A stretch of DNA of 64,000 nt from Trichoplax adhaerens (Eukaryota > Animalia > Placozoa): assembly GCF_000150275.1 (NCBI RefSeq), contig NW_002060955.1, positions 1,532,287 to 1,596,286 on the forward strand, written 5' to 3'. The notes below the pieces were generated by a model. It searched no databases, had not been told where the DNA came from, and saw nothing but the letters and a program-made list of their open reading frames with translations. Position numbers and translations under genes: made by a program. Shown piece after piece: positions 1 through 12,749 of the stretch. The stretch's first letter is position 1. Each line of letters opens with the position of its first letter.

Positions 1-125
1 GTGTAGTCTGCTAGTAGAGCAAAAGTGCTCGTGATAGTGCAGATATCGTTCCTTGATACGTAGTTCAAGGAATTGACTTATTGATCGTAGATTACGTTAT
101 CTTGTTGCAAAGCTGTTTTGTGACA
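1..125 (+). mobile_element. 3' end of LTR family B (runs off window)
   Basis: Matches the 3' ends of copies ending at 12230, 25638 and 37013; ends GTGACA. Confidence 0.85.
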
Positions 126-274
126 TGCTGGTAAACAATTAATTAATTAATAACAAAATCAATATAGCTTCACGGACATCACTCCGTGACAAGGGGATAA
201 TTTCTAGTTATTTTATTAGATAATATGCATCAATGTCGACAGACAAAGCAAGTTCTAAAATAATGTACAGTCAT

Positions 275-731
275 TGTAGTTCTTGGTTTCACAACCCCTC
301 AGGTTAGCAATCGTCTAACTCAAAATCTGAGTTATTAAAATTAAGCAAATCTCAAACGTGACGTAAGATTAGGCAAACAACGTATTTAATCTTAAAATGT
401 ATCCGTTTATTAATAGAAGGCTTGACAAAAGAAGAATTCATTTTTATTCCCTCTTAAAAACAGTCCTAAGTAGCCAAGATAAACCGGACAATCGACTTCG
501 TTTCCACGATAACAATTTCCTATTATCTAATAGTTATATTAAGGCATTACACAAAAACATCACCTAATATAGCCGACTATTGTAATCTTATGCACACATA
601 GCAAGAATAGTGTAAGTACACCGATTCATCATCATCAATCATGAAATTACCTTACAAGTATAATAGACTATTCTACATCTTAATGCTACCGTACTTCAAT
701 TACTGCTATAATTGACTGAAACTACTAGTGT
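275..731 (-). mobile_element. Solo LTR family C
   Basis: Homologous to 20302-21371 and 36322-37403; begins TGTAGT; right end and TSD degraded. Confidence 0.75.
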
Positions 732-2609
732 TCATTAGTATGTTTAAGTAATCATATTTTCTTGCGTACGAGCAACCGTGAATCAATTTTTATTTTAATA
801 GTAGAGCAGAACTCTTTATTTGCAGAACATCTTCATTAAATAGAATACTTAACATTATATAATAAATTGCTATCACGTTAATGATAAATATCTTACTTCC
901 AATTGCTACTGTTATCGAACTGTAATCAAAGTAAAACCTGGCAGGCAATTTGAAATTTTGGGTTAATAAACTTAAATAACTGTAATCAAGATCATTGCAT
1001 AGAATAATGCTATTTGATTTCTGGCATGAAAGACGCTTTAATGAAATTGATTGGAGAAAATAATTATAAGTATATAAGCAATAGATATTACTAGTAAAAT
1101 TATAGAGACAGTTCAATATACTAGAATTCTCTGCGGCTGCGTCAATAAGGCAAATATTTAGTTTCTAGATATGTTTTAGGTATCAAATTAAGAAGGGCGT
1201 ATGATAAAGATGAGATGTAGATTTATATTTCAAAAATATTACAGATGAAAGCTCCGTATGATATGGATTGTCTATTTCCGAACGTCTAATTTAAAGTAAC
1301 AACCTCTTTAAAAGGTAAAAATGAATAATTTCTTAAAATGTAAAAATAATCTTTCAATTCGCGAGGCATGATTTAATTACTGTATTAAAATCCTGCTGTA
1401 TAGTGTCAGCATACCAAAGTTATTTATTGATAGTATTTAGCGAAATTCCTCAATCTACAAATTATTTATTCGCAAGGCGACGCCAATTCATTACTTATTA
1501 AATAAAAACATAAAAAGATTCCACTTTTGTATAGCCTACGCGATATTGTTAATTACATATTGTTAGGGTAAGTTACATGCATAAAAATGATGATAAATAT
1601 TATTTTTTTTACGGCCACATTAGCAGTGCAATGAGATGCATTTAATGAATTTACTACTCCTTCAATTGAATTTGAGTATAAGGGTTTCCCTTGTATAAAT
1701 ATAGCTAGATGATAATAACGGAGATAGGTTCAAATCAGCAGTAAGCAACTGAATAGTTTCCTGTGTTTTAAAATTGAAGAGTATCTAAGTTAATAATTGG
1801 ATCGGATCAGAGGGTACTAAATATTTGCTACATATTTTTGCTGACGGAGAAATTACAATTATTCTTTTCCGAACATGTTAGAATGATTTCTCTAAGCTTT
1901 TTCATTTCATCTACTGTAGAGATTTATTCATACTGTGGCGTTTTATATACGAGCATGAAAACTCAACTAACGTCGGGTACGTCATTAAATAAATATTATA
2001 CAAGAAAATCAACATTTTAAAATAATAAACACATCTACTTATTAAGAAATAAAAATCTCCTTGGATTAAATATTAGGAGAAAATTGTCTAAGCAGATAAT
2101 TTTTTACGTAACTAATTATTATAAAAGGTATAATTATATACTAAAAACTTTTAGGGTGTAAACAGCGAAATTAAGGCATAAATTAAATAGTTGCCACATT
2201 GTGTTCTTATGTTATTTCAAATGTCATTGACTTGCCTATCTATTATGGGTACTTTCAGCCGCCTATAAATGTTATTGATAATCAATCATAAAAGGCATTG
2301 ATGAATACTTCTTAAATTACAGCAAGAATAAGATGCATAATAAAGTTAGCTGAGTCTTTAAACTTTAGTTACCTTCACTTCAATAATTATTACTGTTACT
2401 AAAGTAATTTTAAAAGAAAAAGTGGCAATAATTTCATATTCAGCGTTTATAAAGTGGCGATTGAAAGAAGTCAGCGAAATAAATACGTTTACTATAATCC
2501 CCGCCGTCTTAGCAGGTTAATTACGAGGCTAAGTATTAATAAGAGCTATCCATTGACGTAAACTGCTATGGTCATATTTAATGAGAACTATCAATACAAT
2601 GTACAAGGC

Positions 2610-3154
2610 TGTCACAATTGCAACTCTGCAATGAGGAAATGTAGAGTAAAAGTCTATAAGTGACCACTGACTTGAACACCTTTTTACTAAAGGTTAAACA
2701 TACACAGCGAAGTCCCGTAAAGATAGAACTTTTATAAGCATCGACACATCTATAATTTTCTACCACACAACTCAATTCAAACGTTCCCGTTTATATAGAA
2801 ACCGTTTAATTTATAAACAACGACGGTATTATTATTATACCTTAGTAGGAGAGACATCATCTCGAAATGAGATGTTCCTTACATAGCTTTTCTATCAGTA
2901 AGTTCTTTTAATCCCTTATTCATCTTAATCTAAGCTTATATGTTGTCTAATTCAACTATCAATAGCTAGAAGTTGAATAATATTACTACTATCTACACAT
3001 AATAAAATCAACATCAAATATGTAATAAACTATCACAAATAATATCCACGTTAATATATTACTTATCTTACCTAACACTACAAATATGGATGTTCTCGAT
3101 ATTGGCTACTAATGTACTTATTCAACTATCTTAACGGTAAGGTAGACCATAATT
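2610..3154 (-). mobile_element. Solo LTR family F
   Basis: Inverted homolog of 52071-52620; TSD AAGGC (2605-2609 / 3155-3159); TATATAAA on minus strand. Confidence 0.85.
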
Positions 3155-4649
3155 AAGGCCCATCTCTAACTGATTTATTAACAAAGTAATCGAAATTTTG
3201 TAAAACAAGAACAGTAAATATCACTAAAATATCGCTTATCAGAAAATAAGGATATGATATCCTAAGCAGCGATTCAGCTAATCCTAATATTTCTACTATA
3301 AAAATTATAAATGTGCTTAAGAGTAATATTTTCAATTGTCAATATTCGTTCCGGTATAACACATTTACATATGCAATTGATTGTCAATAATCGATAAGCT
3401 TTCGATATCAGCATGTTACGACTACAAGGACGTGTTTTGTAGTTAGGATTTCGATAGAGCATAAATCTTAATATTGTCATCATTACGGTTAGTACTTGCT
3501 AAAAAAATAAAGGTAATATCTTAGAATGTCATTCTTTTAAAATTTATTATTAATTGAATCTTTCGTAATAATATTTTGATCTAATACTGTAATCTGTAAA
3601 CGAATTTTATCTCGTTGTTTATTGCATCCTATCATAAATAACTTCTAATTCTTGCTAACACAATCAGAAAAATTTATTATATGCTGAAACAAGACTAATT
3701 CAAATGATTAAATTTTAAATTCGTCTTTGTTTATGATTATAATTGAAATCGTTTCTGCTCTTATGTCTTTTCAAGCATCTCAATTTAAATAAATCTTGTG
3801 AACAGCATTAATTGTAATTAATACTAAAGAGGTCTCTAGTGTTCCATTCGTAACCAAATTCTAAACTGGAGAAACTCGATAAACAAACCTTATATTGTTG
3901 TAAATCTTATTGGATTTTACTATCGTTAATTGCAAAGCACACTTTCGACAGCAGCAATAATATTGAGAGGTGATGGAATATTAAAGCATTGCAGCGAAAG
4001 TAGGTTCTTTACCACTAACTGTTGATGGTATACGATAGCCTGTACCGAAATACCTTAAAGAAATCCTTTCCTGTCATAGGTAAACTGGTAGTCTTCAATC
4101 CATTGAATTTTGGCCATAAAGTATAACTTTGTTATTGCCAATAGCTACGTCAGATCGATGCTGCTGAATTAAAATTATAATATCTTATTTTATTCTTTAA
4201 AGAGATTACATGGTCGTAGGGTTAACATTTAAAAGATGCCTAACTGATTGTTAACATACTAATTAGAATATAACGCCCTTAGACAGATACTTGTATTGCA
4301 TTGATCGTTGTTATATACTCTGTATTTTTAGACCTAATCCAAAGTAATTTGACCAAGCAAAATTTTTTAGCAAAGAATATTTACTAATTATATCCACCAT
4401 TTTAAGATGATCTAAATAAGTTGACTTCACATGACTAATGATTTGCATTTATTTAAATAAGCTAGCTATATAACTACTCTTAGATCACCTAATTGAAGAT
4501 ATTAAACGTACTTTGGTGTACAATATACGTATTCATCAAGATACGGCATTTTCATGCCTATGTTTACCGTTTGATAATAAGAAGATCGGACGAGGCAAAA
4601 GAATTTATATAAATTGAGTTTACATTATACTCTCAGACTTCTATAAATT

Positions 4650-5726
4650 ATGAATCAATCAAACCCGAATCTAACCCTAAGTAAATTTTATGCTACCTTA
4701 TACTCTTATGCATCCGTTTCAGCAATTCCGTTATCTGTGATAGGTGTTATAGCTAATATATTTTTGTTGTATATTTTCATCTCAGATAAATATTTTAATA
4801 AAATAACATATCGCTTGATGCTGGTATCAGTAGTGTCTGACATAATTTCTTCCATTACCACAATTTGTGCATACATACAAATTGCGGGATATTTTCTTAA
4901 CTACAGTTCAAGTATACTTATGTGTAGAATAGTATTTTTTATTACTCTGAATTCTTACGGAATATCTATGATGAATTTGTGTTTAATTGCAATTGATAGA
5001 TATTTTGTGATCGTTAAACCAATGCAGGCTTTCTATCGAATTCAAAAATTGAAAGTAATCGTCACAAGCGAGATTCTAGTTTGGATTCTATCATCGATAG
5101 TTAATTTTCCCTTATTACTCATTGTTAGAAGTCATAAAGCTGATAATTATATGTGTGAATTTGCCGAAATGAATACTATTCTATCTATTTATTTTATCGT
5201 TTTTGATATTATCCTCTATATTATTCCTTCAATTATTATTGTCCTTATTTATTGGCAAATTATCAAACATCAGCAAAGTTATTTACAACCAGGACAAACG
5301 CTGCAGCAAGATTCAGAACATCTTTTTAAAAAGAAAAAATTTATTCGCATGCTGATAAGTATAACTCTGTGCTATATTCTGACTACTTGGCCATTTTTTG
5401 CAACTGTGTTTGGAGTAGCTGTAACAAAAGCATCACTATTGAAACTACGTGAACAAAGCACGATATCATTTCTTTTAGCATTCTTCTCCTATCCAGCAAC
5501 AACAAGTATCACCGTACTAAATCCCTTTATCTATTTTAAGTTCGATTGCAATATTCGAAATAAAGCTTTACAACTATTACGAAGAGTTAATATATCATCA
5601 AACGAAAATTCTATTACTCCTAAACCAAGTCATATTACTGTGTCTTCATCTAAACAATCCAGCCGCAAAAATTCAGCAAACATAATCCATACTTCCAAAC
5701 TGAATATTCATATGCTTGCTAAATAA
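4650..5726 (+). CDS. Intronless rhodopsin-family (class A) GPCR, array member 1
   Basis: 358-aa ORF with 7 hydrophobic segments; TM1 GVIAN, TM2 SVVSD, TM3 Cys and LIAIDRYFVIVKP, ECL2 Cys, TM5 YIIP, TM6 TTWPFF, TM7 NPFIY; N-terminal N-glycosylation sequons. Confidence 0.95.
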   Translation: MNQSNPNLTLSKFYATLYSYASVSAIPLSVIGVIANIFLLYIFISDKYFNKITYRLMLVSVVSDIISSITTICAYIQIAGYFLNYSSSILMCRIVFFITLNSYGISMMNLCLIAIDRYFVIVKPMQAFYRIQKLKVIVTSEILVWILSSIVNFPLLLIVRSHKADNYMCEFAEMNTILSIYFIVFDIILYIIPSIIIVLIYWQIIKHQQSYLQPGQTLQQDSEHLFKKKKFIRMLISITLCYILTTWPFFATVFGVAVTKASLLKLREQSTISFLLAFFSYPATTSITVLNPFIYFKFDCNIRNKALQLLRRVNISSNENSITPKPSHITVSSSKQSSRKNSANIIHTSKLNIHMLAK

Positions 5727-5919
5727 TTTCTAAATAGCATCAACGATATATTTAGATCAAGGAATGCAAATATTTCTGTCGCAAAACATTTTCATTATAA
5801 ATTCATAGCTATAGCTTAGTCCTTAATAAGCAGTTCTAACAGAAGTCCATTGTAAGTCTTATAAGATCATTAAAATTAAAGAATATTAAATGCTGTATAA
5901 GTAATAGATGTTAACTTGC

Positions 5920-6483
5920 TATAGAGACTTGATACTACATCATTTATGTTTATCACAAGTATTTTGTTAGTGCGTTGTGAACATTTATTTTAGTCGTGTT
6001 AAGTAGGTTATTAATGGAGGCGGTATGTGTAAATGATAAAATTAGTATATTGAGTATTATAATTATTATAGTTGCTTTCAAGTGACTACGGTTAACACAT
6101 TAGCTGTAAATAAGGATTCATTAGAATTCCTTAAATTGATTGGTTTTGTAATCTAACACTGTTAAATAACTCGTTTATCTATTTGACTTATACTAATTTC
6201 TGTTTTGAAGCCCCATAGTAAGCCTATGAGGAAAGTAACGAATATTTGCTTTCATTGATAGTGTGCACGAAGGTTGTAGTGCCACAACTATAAAAGGACA
6301 TGGCAGATTACTGCAATTTTAATCTTATTTTGTTTGATTTCATTAATCAACAATCTTAATAAACTATAGTATTTTTTTATCCCTTCGGAGTGATCTCGCT
6401 GTGAGACCGTCAAGCACTCTGATCCCAACCAACTGATCGTTGAAGAAGGCAATTGTTTACGGTAGAACTGGGCAAATTCTACA
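5920..6483 (+). mobile_element. Solo LTR family K
   Basis: TSD CTTGC on both sides; ends TATAGA(=TGTAGA)..TCTACA; TATAAAA ~6289, AATAAA 6358. Confidence 0.8.
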
Positions 6484-7459
6484 CTTGCTTAGCAGTAGAA
6501 ATAAGCCTATGAATTATGCTTTGAAAAACCGAAACGATGCGGTCGAGTAAAGATAAATTAAAGTTTATTATAGATTGGTAATTTAAGAATTCCAAAAACG
6601 ACCTAATTATATATTCTCGTTTCAAATTGATATTTGTAACGAGAAACAGTCAAAACCATCATAGAAATTATACGCCGTAAATCTACTATCAGGTTTGTCC
6701 TCCCTTGCATTTACCTACAATACGATTCTAACTACTTAAAATTCCAAATCGCCAGGAGGAACACTTACACAACACTAATCTCTCTTAGATATAAGTGAAG
6801 CCAAACTTTATTCAAAAAACCATTCAATTCATAGTAAATCAGCGTGAAAATTGTTTACTAATTTATAGATAACATTGCAAAACTATGCATTTATCTTTTA
6901 AAAATATGTATAGCATCATATATAAATTAAGGAAAAGCACGTTCCTAGGTAAGTTATCTTATAGAAAGTATATTACGATAGTTATGCAAAAGTTACTTCC
7001 TAACTATCGCTAAGTCCATTATCTGTTTTATAATGTCAAAATGATTAAAAATAACAACGATGCGTCTCTACCACAAGTACGATGCCTGATTTTTATTAGA
7101 AATAGTCGATGATTTACTGGAAGTAGCATGAAATTATTGCTTGGTACTACCCATTTATTCATCTGGACTTAGAATTAAATCTTCTTTACAAGACAGGCCA
7201 CAGCAAATGCAAAACGAACGCCTCTCACTATCATCATATCATCGGTTATCGCAAGAATTTGAAATAATAGAATTTTCTCATGAATTATAAGACATGAAAG
7301 CTAATTTTCTTTTTGATATTATATTGTACATAATAAGCCAGTAGCATTAGTAGCTGTAAATTTAATATTCATTTATAGTGATTATTCAGTATTTCTTTTA
7401 TTTATGTACTAGTACTGAAGCTCTTAAACTTAAATATGCGACATTTTGTTATTTTATAC

Positions 7460-7559
7460 TACACTAATAAATAAATGTTATTAACAATTAATAAAATCTT
7501 AATTACTAATTACAAAGGCTAATGCTACAATTAATTGACGGAGTCTGTACTCCGTCACA
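7460..7559 (-). mobile_element. Fragment of LTR family G
   Basis: Inverted match to the first ~100 bp of 50929-51465. Confidence 0.7.
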
Positions 7560-7934
7560 AGTGCATACTAGCAAAATCGCTTTTATGGAATAATTGATAG
7601 TTTCTGTATGTTATGCTATCTTTCTATTTCATTTATTGCCTTTAAAATTCCTATAACTGAGCGCTTATATATAAATACAGCCCTAAATTATTTTAAGAAT
7701 ATAATTATAGGATAGTATAAAACTAGATTAATTGAGACTGTAATGGTAAGATTGTGTAAATATTTATTTGTAGACGATTGCAACATGTATTTCTACTAAG
7801 GTATTTCTATTTAAGATTCTGAGATATAAATAGAATGCGTTAATTAAGCCATTACCATGAGATTCTTATATGCTGTAACTAGCAGTGTGGATTAATGATC
7901 GCGAGATACGAAACTTATAACTGCTCTTGAGACT

Positions 7935-8484
7935 TGTGATATATACCAATCACGAAATTCCAAATTTTAGAAAAATAAGGGCTTTATTGAATCTTATACA
8001 AAGATTAACTACACAGCTCTACTCTAACCGAATACTACTTCTAAAGACTTCTAGAACGAACTAACAGAATAATCTAAAGTTGCATGCTTTTATACTTTTC
8101 GTAGCATTCGCAGCTACAATCCGCATGGCAACCTTTTACCTTATTTTACACATAGTTAAATTATTCTTAGTAAGACTATTCTACTGCGGACCATCACTAA
8201 TCCAATATGGATACGACTACAGTACTTACGTAGACATTATTCACACCAGCCAAAGTACAATGAATTAACCATATCCTAATATATGATTTACAGTTTTATT
8301 TTTACCTATAGCCTTATTAGTAACTCAACACCTTACTGTATATAGTCATCTGTACTCTAGCATAGAGTCTCTACCACTACAGTCTATAGTTACAGCTACC
8401 AAATATCTCTTAGGATAAATATCTACCGTACATTATACTACACATGGCTAACAGTCTACAATCACAATACTAAGTTACATTACA
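7935..8484 (-). mobile_element. Young solo LTR family H
   Basis: 550 bp, TGTGAT..ATTACA, TSD AGACT; near-identical inverted copy at 22283-22832. Confidence 0.93.
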
Positions 8485-9996
8485 AGACTTCATCACTAAA
8501 ATAGGATGGTGTAGCTAAAATATCATTCCGTAAGTAATTGAAGATTAATGAAGAATTTGAGTGATAATACAGATTTTCTAACTGTACCTAAATAATCCTT
8601 GGTAGTTGCATAGCAAATCCAATTTATGTAATAAAGTGCACTTTGCAAGAAACTGAAGTTCTTTCTTTAGTATTAACACTTAATCGCAACATTATATTTC
8701 AAATATCAGTGTGCCATTCTTAAACTTTAATTTCATATCTCTTCATATATTGATAAGTCTCTCATCTAATGGATATCCATATTTATATTATTCAAACCAC
8801 GTCAACACTTGATAGAATTAGGTTAGTGGCTAGCAACTTTCTTATTTCTAGAATAGTACAGTATCTTTTTTGTTGATAGATTTTTATCATAGAGATATCA
8901 AAATGATTTCTTAATCACATTAGATCAAATTAAAATCCTACTCCTAACTTTAAGCCTCAATACTTTCTCATCATATAAGATGAACTCTATTAGGTGAATA
9001 AAAGAGTTCGGTTTTAATGTTGTGAGATAAAAGGAATAATTCCCTTAGTCTAGCATATATAATTCTACAATGATTAATATCATAAATAGATTATTGCGCT
9101 ATCAGACGCAATAGCCTGTTTTTGTAATATTATTCATACTTGTTGCAAATGCTATGTAACAATTTAACATTTTCATTATGTCTACCCATAATAATCAAAA
9201 GTAATTTTACTAATACTATGAATAAGTCTGTTTTCATATAATAGAAACCCTGTCATGCGTGAAAGATTTGGAGTTCTAAAGTTTAGTACGGTTGTTATTT
9301 AAATAATCTTGCTATAAAAAGGTCGACAAGAGTCTTTTGTTACTTCAGCTTGGCAGCCGTCTATTTTAGTTGCGAGTTAGCTGGTTTGCATTATTTATTG
9401 AGCTGCGACATAAATTGGAAGTAATTATGATAAGTTTAGTTTCAATTTACGAACTTCACTACAAGGACTCTAAATTTGAGCGATGAAAAGTTAAATTTTG
9501 AGGCTGCAGATATGTTGCTATATCCGTAGTTGAGATAGAAAAGTAAATAAGCTAACTACCAGTTACAACCTAGCTTACTAAAGAATTAGAGCAGGTACTC
9601 CAAAAATTGTCAGCACGAATAGAAATCATTGAAATACGAAATAATAGACGATACTGACTGAATAGTACAATTTACACTAATAATAAGGAGACTCATAAAA
9701 CGATATAAAATGAGAAAAATTCGGGTATATTCTTACCTGTATAAGGTGTTCACATACGTTTTTACCTATATGAGAAAATACATAGAAAAGTCCTTATTTG
9801 GAATACATTTCCCATACGTAATGCTTATAAGTAACTACATATGAATGAATACCAGTTCTTGTATTAAATTATACAAGTAGTTTTAAAACATTTGGCCAAA
9901 TTAAAGACAAACATTCAGACAAATGCTAACTTTATTCACTCATTCATTGAATTTAGCCACATCACAATACATCAGCAGAAATTCGAAATACAAATT

Positions 9997-10423
9997 TGTC
10001 ACAAACCAGCTTCGTGACAAGGATAACGTAAAACAAATCTCTAAATTACTATAGTCTCCGGGATTCAGTATCCCTACTCACAAGAATTTAGACGCCTTTG
10101 ATTCTACGTTAAAACAACTATACAATTGAGAACTGCTTTATTCAACTATCTGACGGGCTTATATACCCTTCTACAGCAGCTAACATTCACAAGTCATCTT
10201 ATAAAAATACTTAGGTGAGATAACTAGTTTTTCACAGTCGGACTACAATATGTCCATTCACAGAATCATTTCAGTGCACATTACAGCACAGCATTAAATT
10301 TACTGTAACACATTTATAATTAGAGTAATTCCTATAGTAAATAACTAGTTGTAATATAATATCACTATATTATATTAACCAAATTTAGATAGCTATTTCT
10401 TCACGGTAGTTCGTACCGTAACA
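9997..10423 (-). mobile_element. Solo LTR family A
   Basis: TGTCAC..GTAACA, TSD AAATT; highly similar to 53931-54372; TATATAA and AATAAA on minus strand. Confidence 0.93.
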
Positions 10424-10515
10424 AAATTATAAAACAAAATCATTTTAAGTCCTAATACCGAAAATATTTTCTATAGCAAATTATGATGATATTATCAACC
10501 TAATTTATATAGCCA

Positions 10516-10945
10516 TGTCACAACGTCGTTTGCGGCACAAGTAACTGATTTTATTCCTAGCGTAACCGCTCTACCGTAACCGCTCTACCGTAATATACCG
10601 TTTCTAATAAGCTTCACTAAGTCGACCAGTTCAGTATAAGACCTTATTCAGCAATGAGTATATCCAGATAACTTCATAAATCCTCTTTATTCGAACGATA
10701 GAATATACTACTAGGCAATGTAATATCAGAACTCCTTCTATGATTAAAGGCACGCTCTTATATACCTGTGCCAGTTTCTATCGGCATAATTCTATTTACA
10801 ATATACTTGATTTTGTATAATATATATTTATGATAGTCAGTATAGAATAAATATCTGTAAATTAATATTAAGTGTTTACCACTCTTACTCCAATTAACAA
10901 ATCAACTTGACTTGTTACTTAAAAACTCACTAATCAAGTGTGACA
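10516..10945 (-). mobile_element. Probable solo LTR family J
   Basis: Perfect 7-bp terminal inverted repeat TGTCACA..TGTGACA; TATATAA (~10760) and AATAAA (~10688) on minus strand; no clean TSD; internal 14-bp tandem duplication at 10561-10593. Confidence 0.65.
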
Positions 10946-11106
10946 ACCTTTTTCACACATTCATTAATGGAAATCCATTAACGACTTAACATATCACAAC
11001 TCTACTTAAGAAAAAAATATGAATAAATATCTTTTTTTTTATTTACGGTAATGATGAACCGTAACAAGCCACAAAGAATTAAATACGAAAATTGTAAGAA
11101 TCCAGC

Positions 11107-12230
11107 TGTTACAGTGTTATACTCAGCAATATCAAGATTATAGTTGAAACATCTATGTTAGGATGATTTTGTTGATTTATCCTTATAAAAAGAGTTTCTA
11201 ATTTAGATATGTGATATTTAAATATAGCACTAGCTTTTATGGCGATACATACAACCTACTGAAATTAGTAGTTTATTTAGGGAATCTAGAGTAATCTTCT
11301 TACAATTCAAATCACTGTGATTGTAATTTACTTATGGTAGATTGTAGATTATCGTACAAATGTTCCGGGATGGGACATATTGTAATCTGACAATTTTATA
11401 TTAGTCATTCAACGTCTATGTTCGTAAATACTGCTGTCTCTTCATTAGGTAGAACTAGATAAAATTAGCTTTTGATTTATTATCAGGCTTCAACTTCAAT
11501 ATTACTAACTAGGATGTCTTTGCTATTGTAAAAGAGTATATGAATGCGATTAATCGTTGTCACAAAACAGCTTTGCGACAAAATATCGTAATGTACGATC
11601 AATAAGTCAATTCCTTGAACCACGTATCAAGGAACGATATCTGCACTATCAGAAACACTTTGGAATCATTCACTGAATTAGATATTAATTTTAGCTACTG
11701 CTCCCTTAATGCAGACAACAGTATTTACGAACATAGACATATGATGACTAATGCAGAATAGTCAGATTACGATATTTCCTATCACGAAACATTTTCACGA
11801 TAATTTACAATCTACTATAAGTAAGTTACAATCACAATGATTCGAACTGTAAGTAGATGATTTGAATTCCCGATTGTAACTATTAATTTCAGTATATGTA
11901 TATATGTCACTGTCATAAAAAGTCAGTGCTATATTAAAACACAGTATATCCAAATTAGAAGTTAACTAAATAAGGATAGGCTAACAGAATTATCCTAACA
12001 TAAATATTGTTACTCTGATACACTGTAAAACACTGTTACAATCGTATAATAAAATTAGTTCTTATGATAAGTGTTTAACGTAAGATACGAGGCGTCTAAG
12101 TCTTTTTGTAGTCTACTAGTATAGGAAAAGTGTCCCTGAAAGAGTAGATACTGCTCCCTGATTCGTGGTTCAGGGAATCAACTGTTTGATGGTGCATTAC
12201 CTTATCTTGTTACTAAGCTGTTTTGTAACA
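11107..12230 (+). mobile_element. Solo LTR family B containing a nested inverted LTR
   Basis: TGTTAC..GTAACA, TSD CCAGC; matches the uninterrupted copy 36401-37013. Confidence 0.92.
11558..12040 (-). mobile_element. Nested solo LTR family B (second subfamily, internally deleted)
   Basis: TGTCAC..GTTACA, TSD ATCGT (11553-11557 / 12041-12045); the empty site is seen in the copy at ~36845. Confidence 0.92.
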
Positions 12231-12749
12231 CCAGCTAACATTAATGGTACTGTAATACGTTAAAATTACTTTCAATTGCAATGTTGTGAATATTTCAATA
12301 AATTATGCACATAGAGTAAAACAGTTGTTATCGATATTAAGGACTTATACGAATGCTAAAAATTAAGTACGTGTATATCGAAAAATAAATGTTTTCTCAC
12401 AGTGTTATCATGTTACTGATTTATGAAGCTAGCCCATCTTAGAGTAAATTAAATAACAAATTAATTATCATTAGCATTTTTTATTTAAATAAATATAAAG
12501 ACCATCTATACCTTCAAAGATGAACTTAAGGCTTTATTACTATTTATCTACTTAATACTCGTATGCTTATGTCCATCAAATACAGTAAACGGCTATTTTT
12601 AATTGAAATCGTCACTGGTGGCAGATAATAATGTGTAATGCTTCTGTTGTATTTAATTATCAATGAATTACATTCAGTGAATTGAACTTAACTTAAACAG
12701 CACTGGCAACCTTTAATATAATTCACAAATTTTTATTATTGCCTTATAA

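Noticed and set aside
126-191. Hairpin CACGGA..TCCGTG ending GTGACA, probably another LTR terminus hosting the B copy
   Set aside because: The rest lies outside the window; cannot be delimited.
2578-2775. Short ORFs inside LTRs (also 37205, 42083, 50433)
   Set aside because: Fall within or overlap solo LTRs and are not conserved as ORFs in sister copies.
8080-8268. Duplicated 62-aa ORF (also 22499-22687) as a small-protein gene
   Set aside because: Lies antisense inside family H solo LTRs and starts at TTG; its conservation reflects recent LTR copying.
9251-9567. Possible short solo LTR (TGTCAT..GTTACA with TATAAAA)
   Set aside because: TSD imperfect and no second copy in the window.
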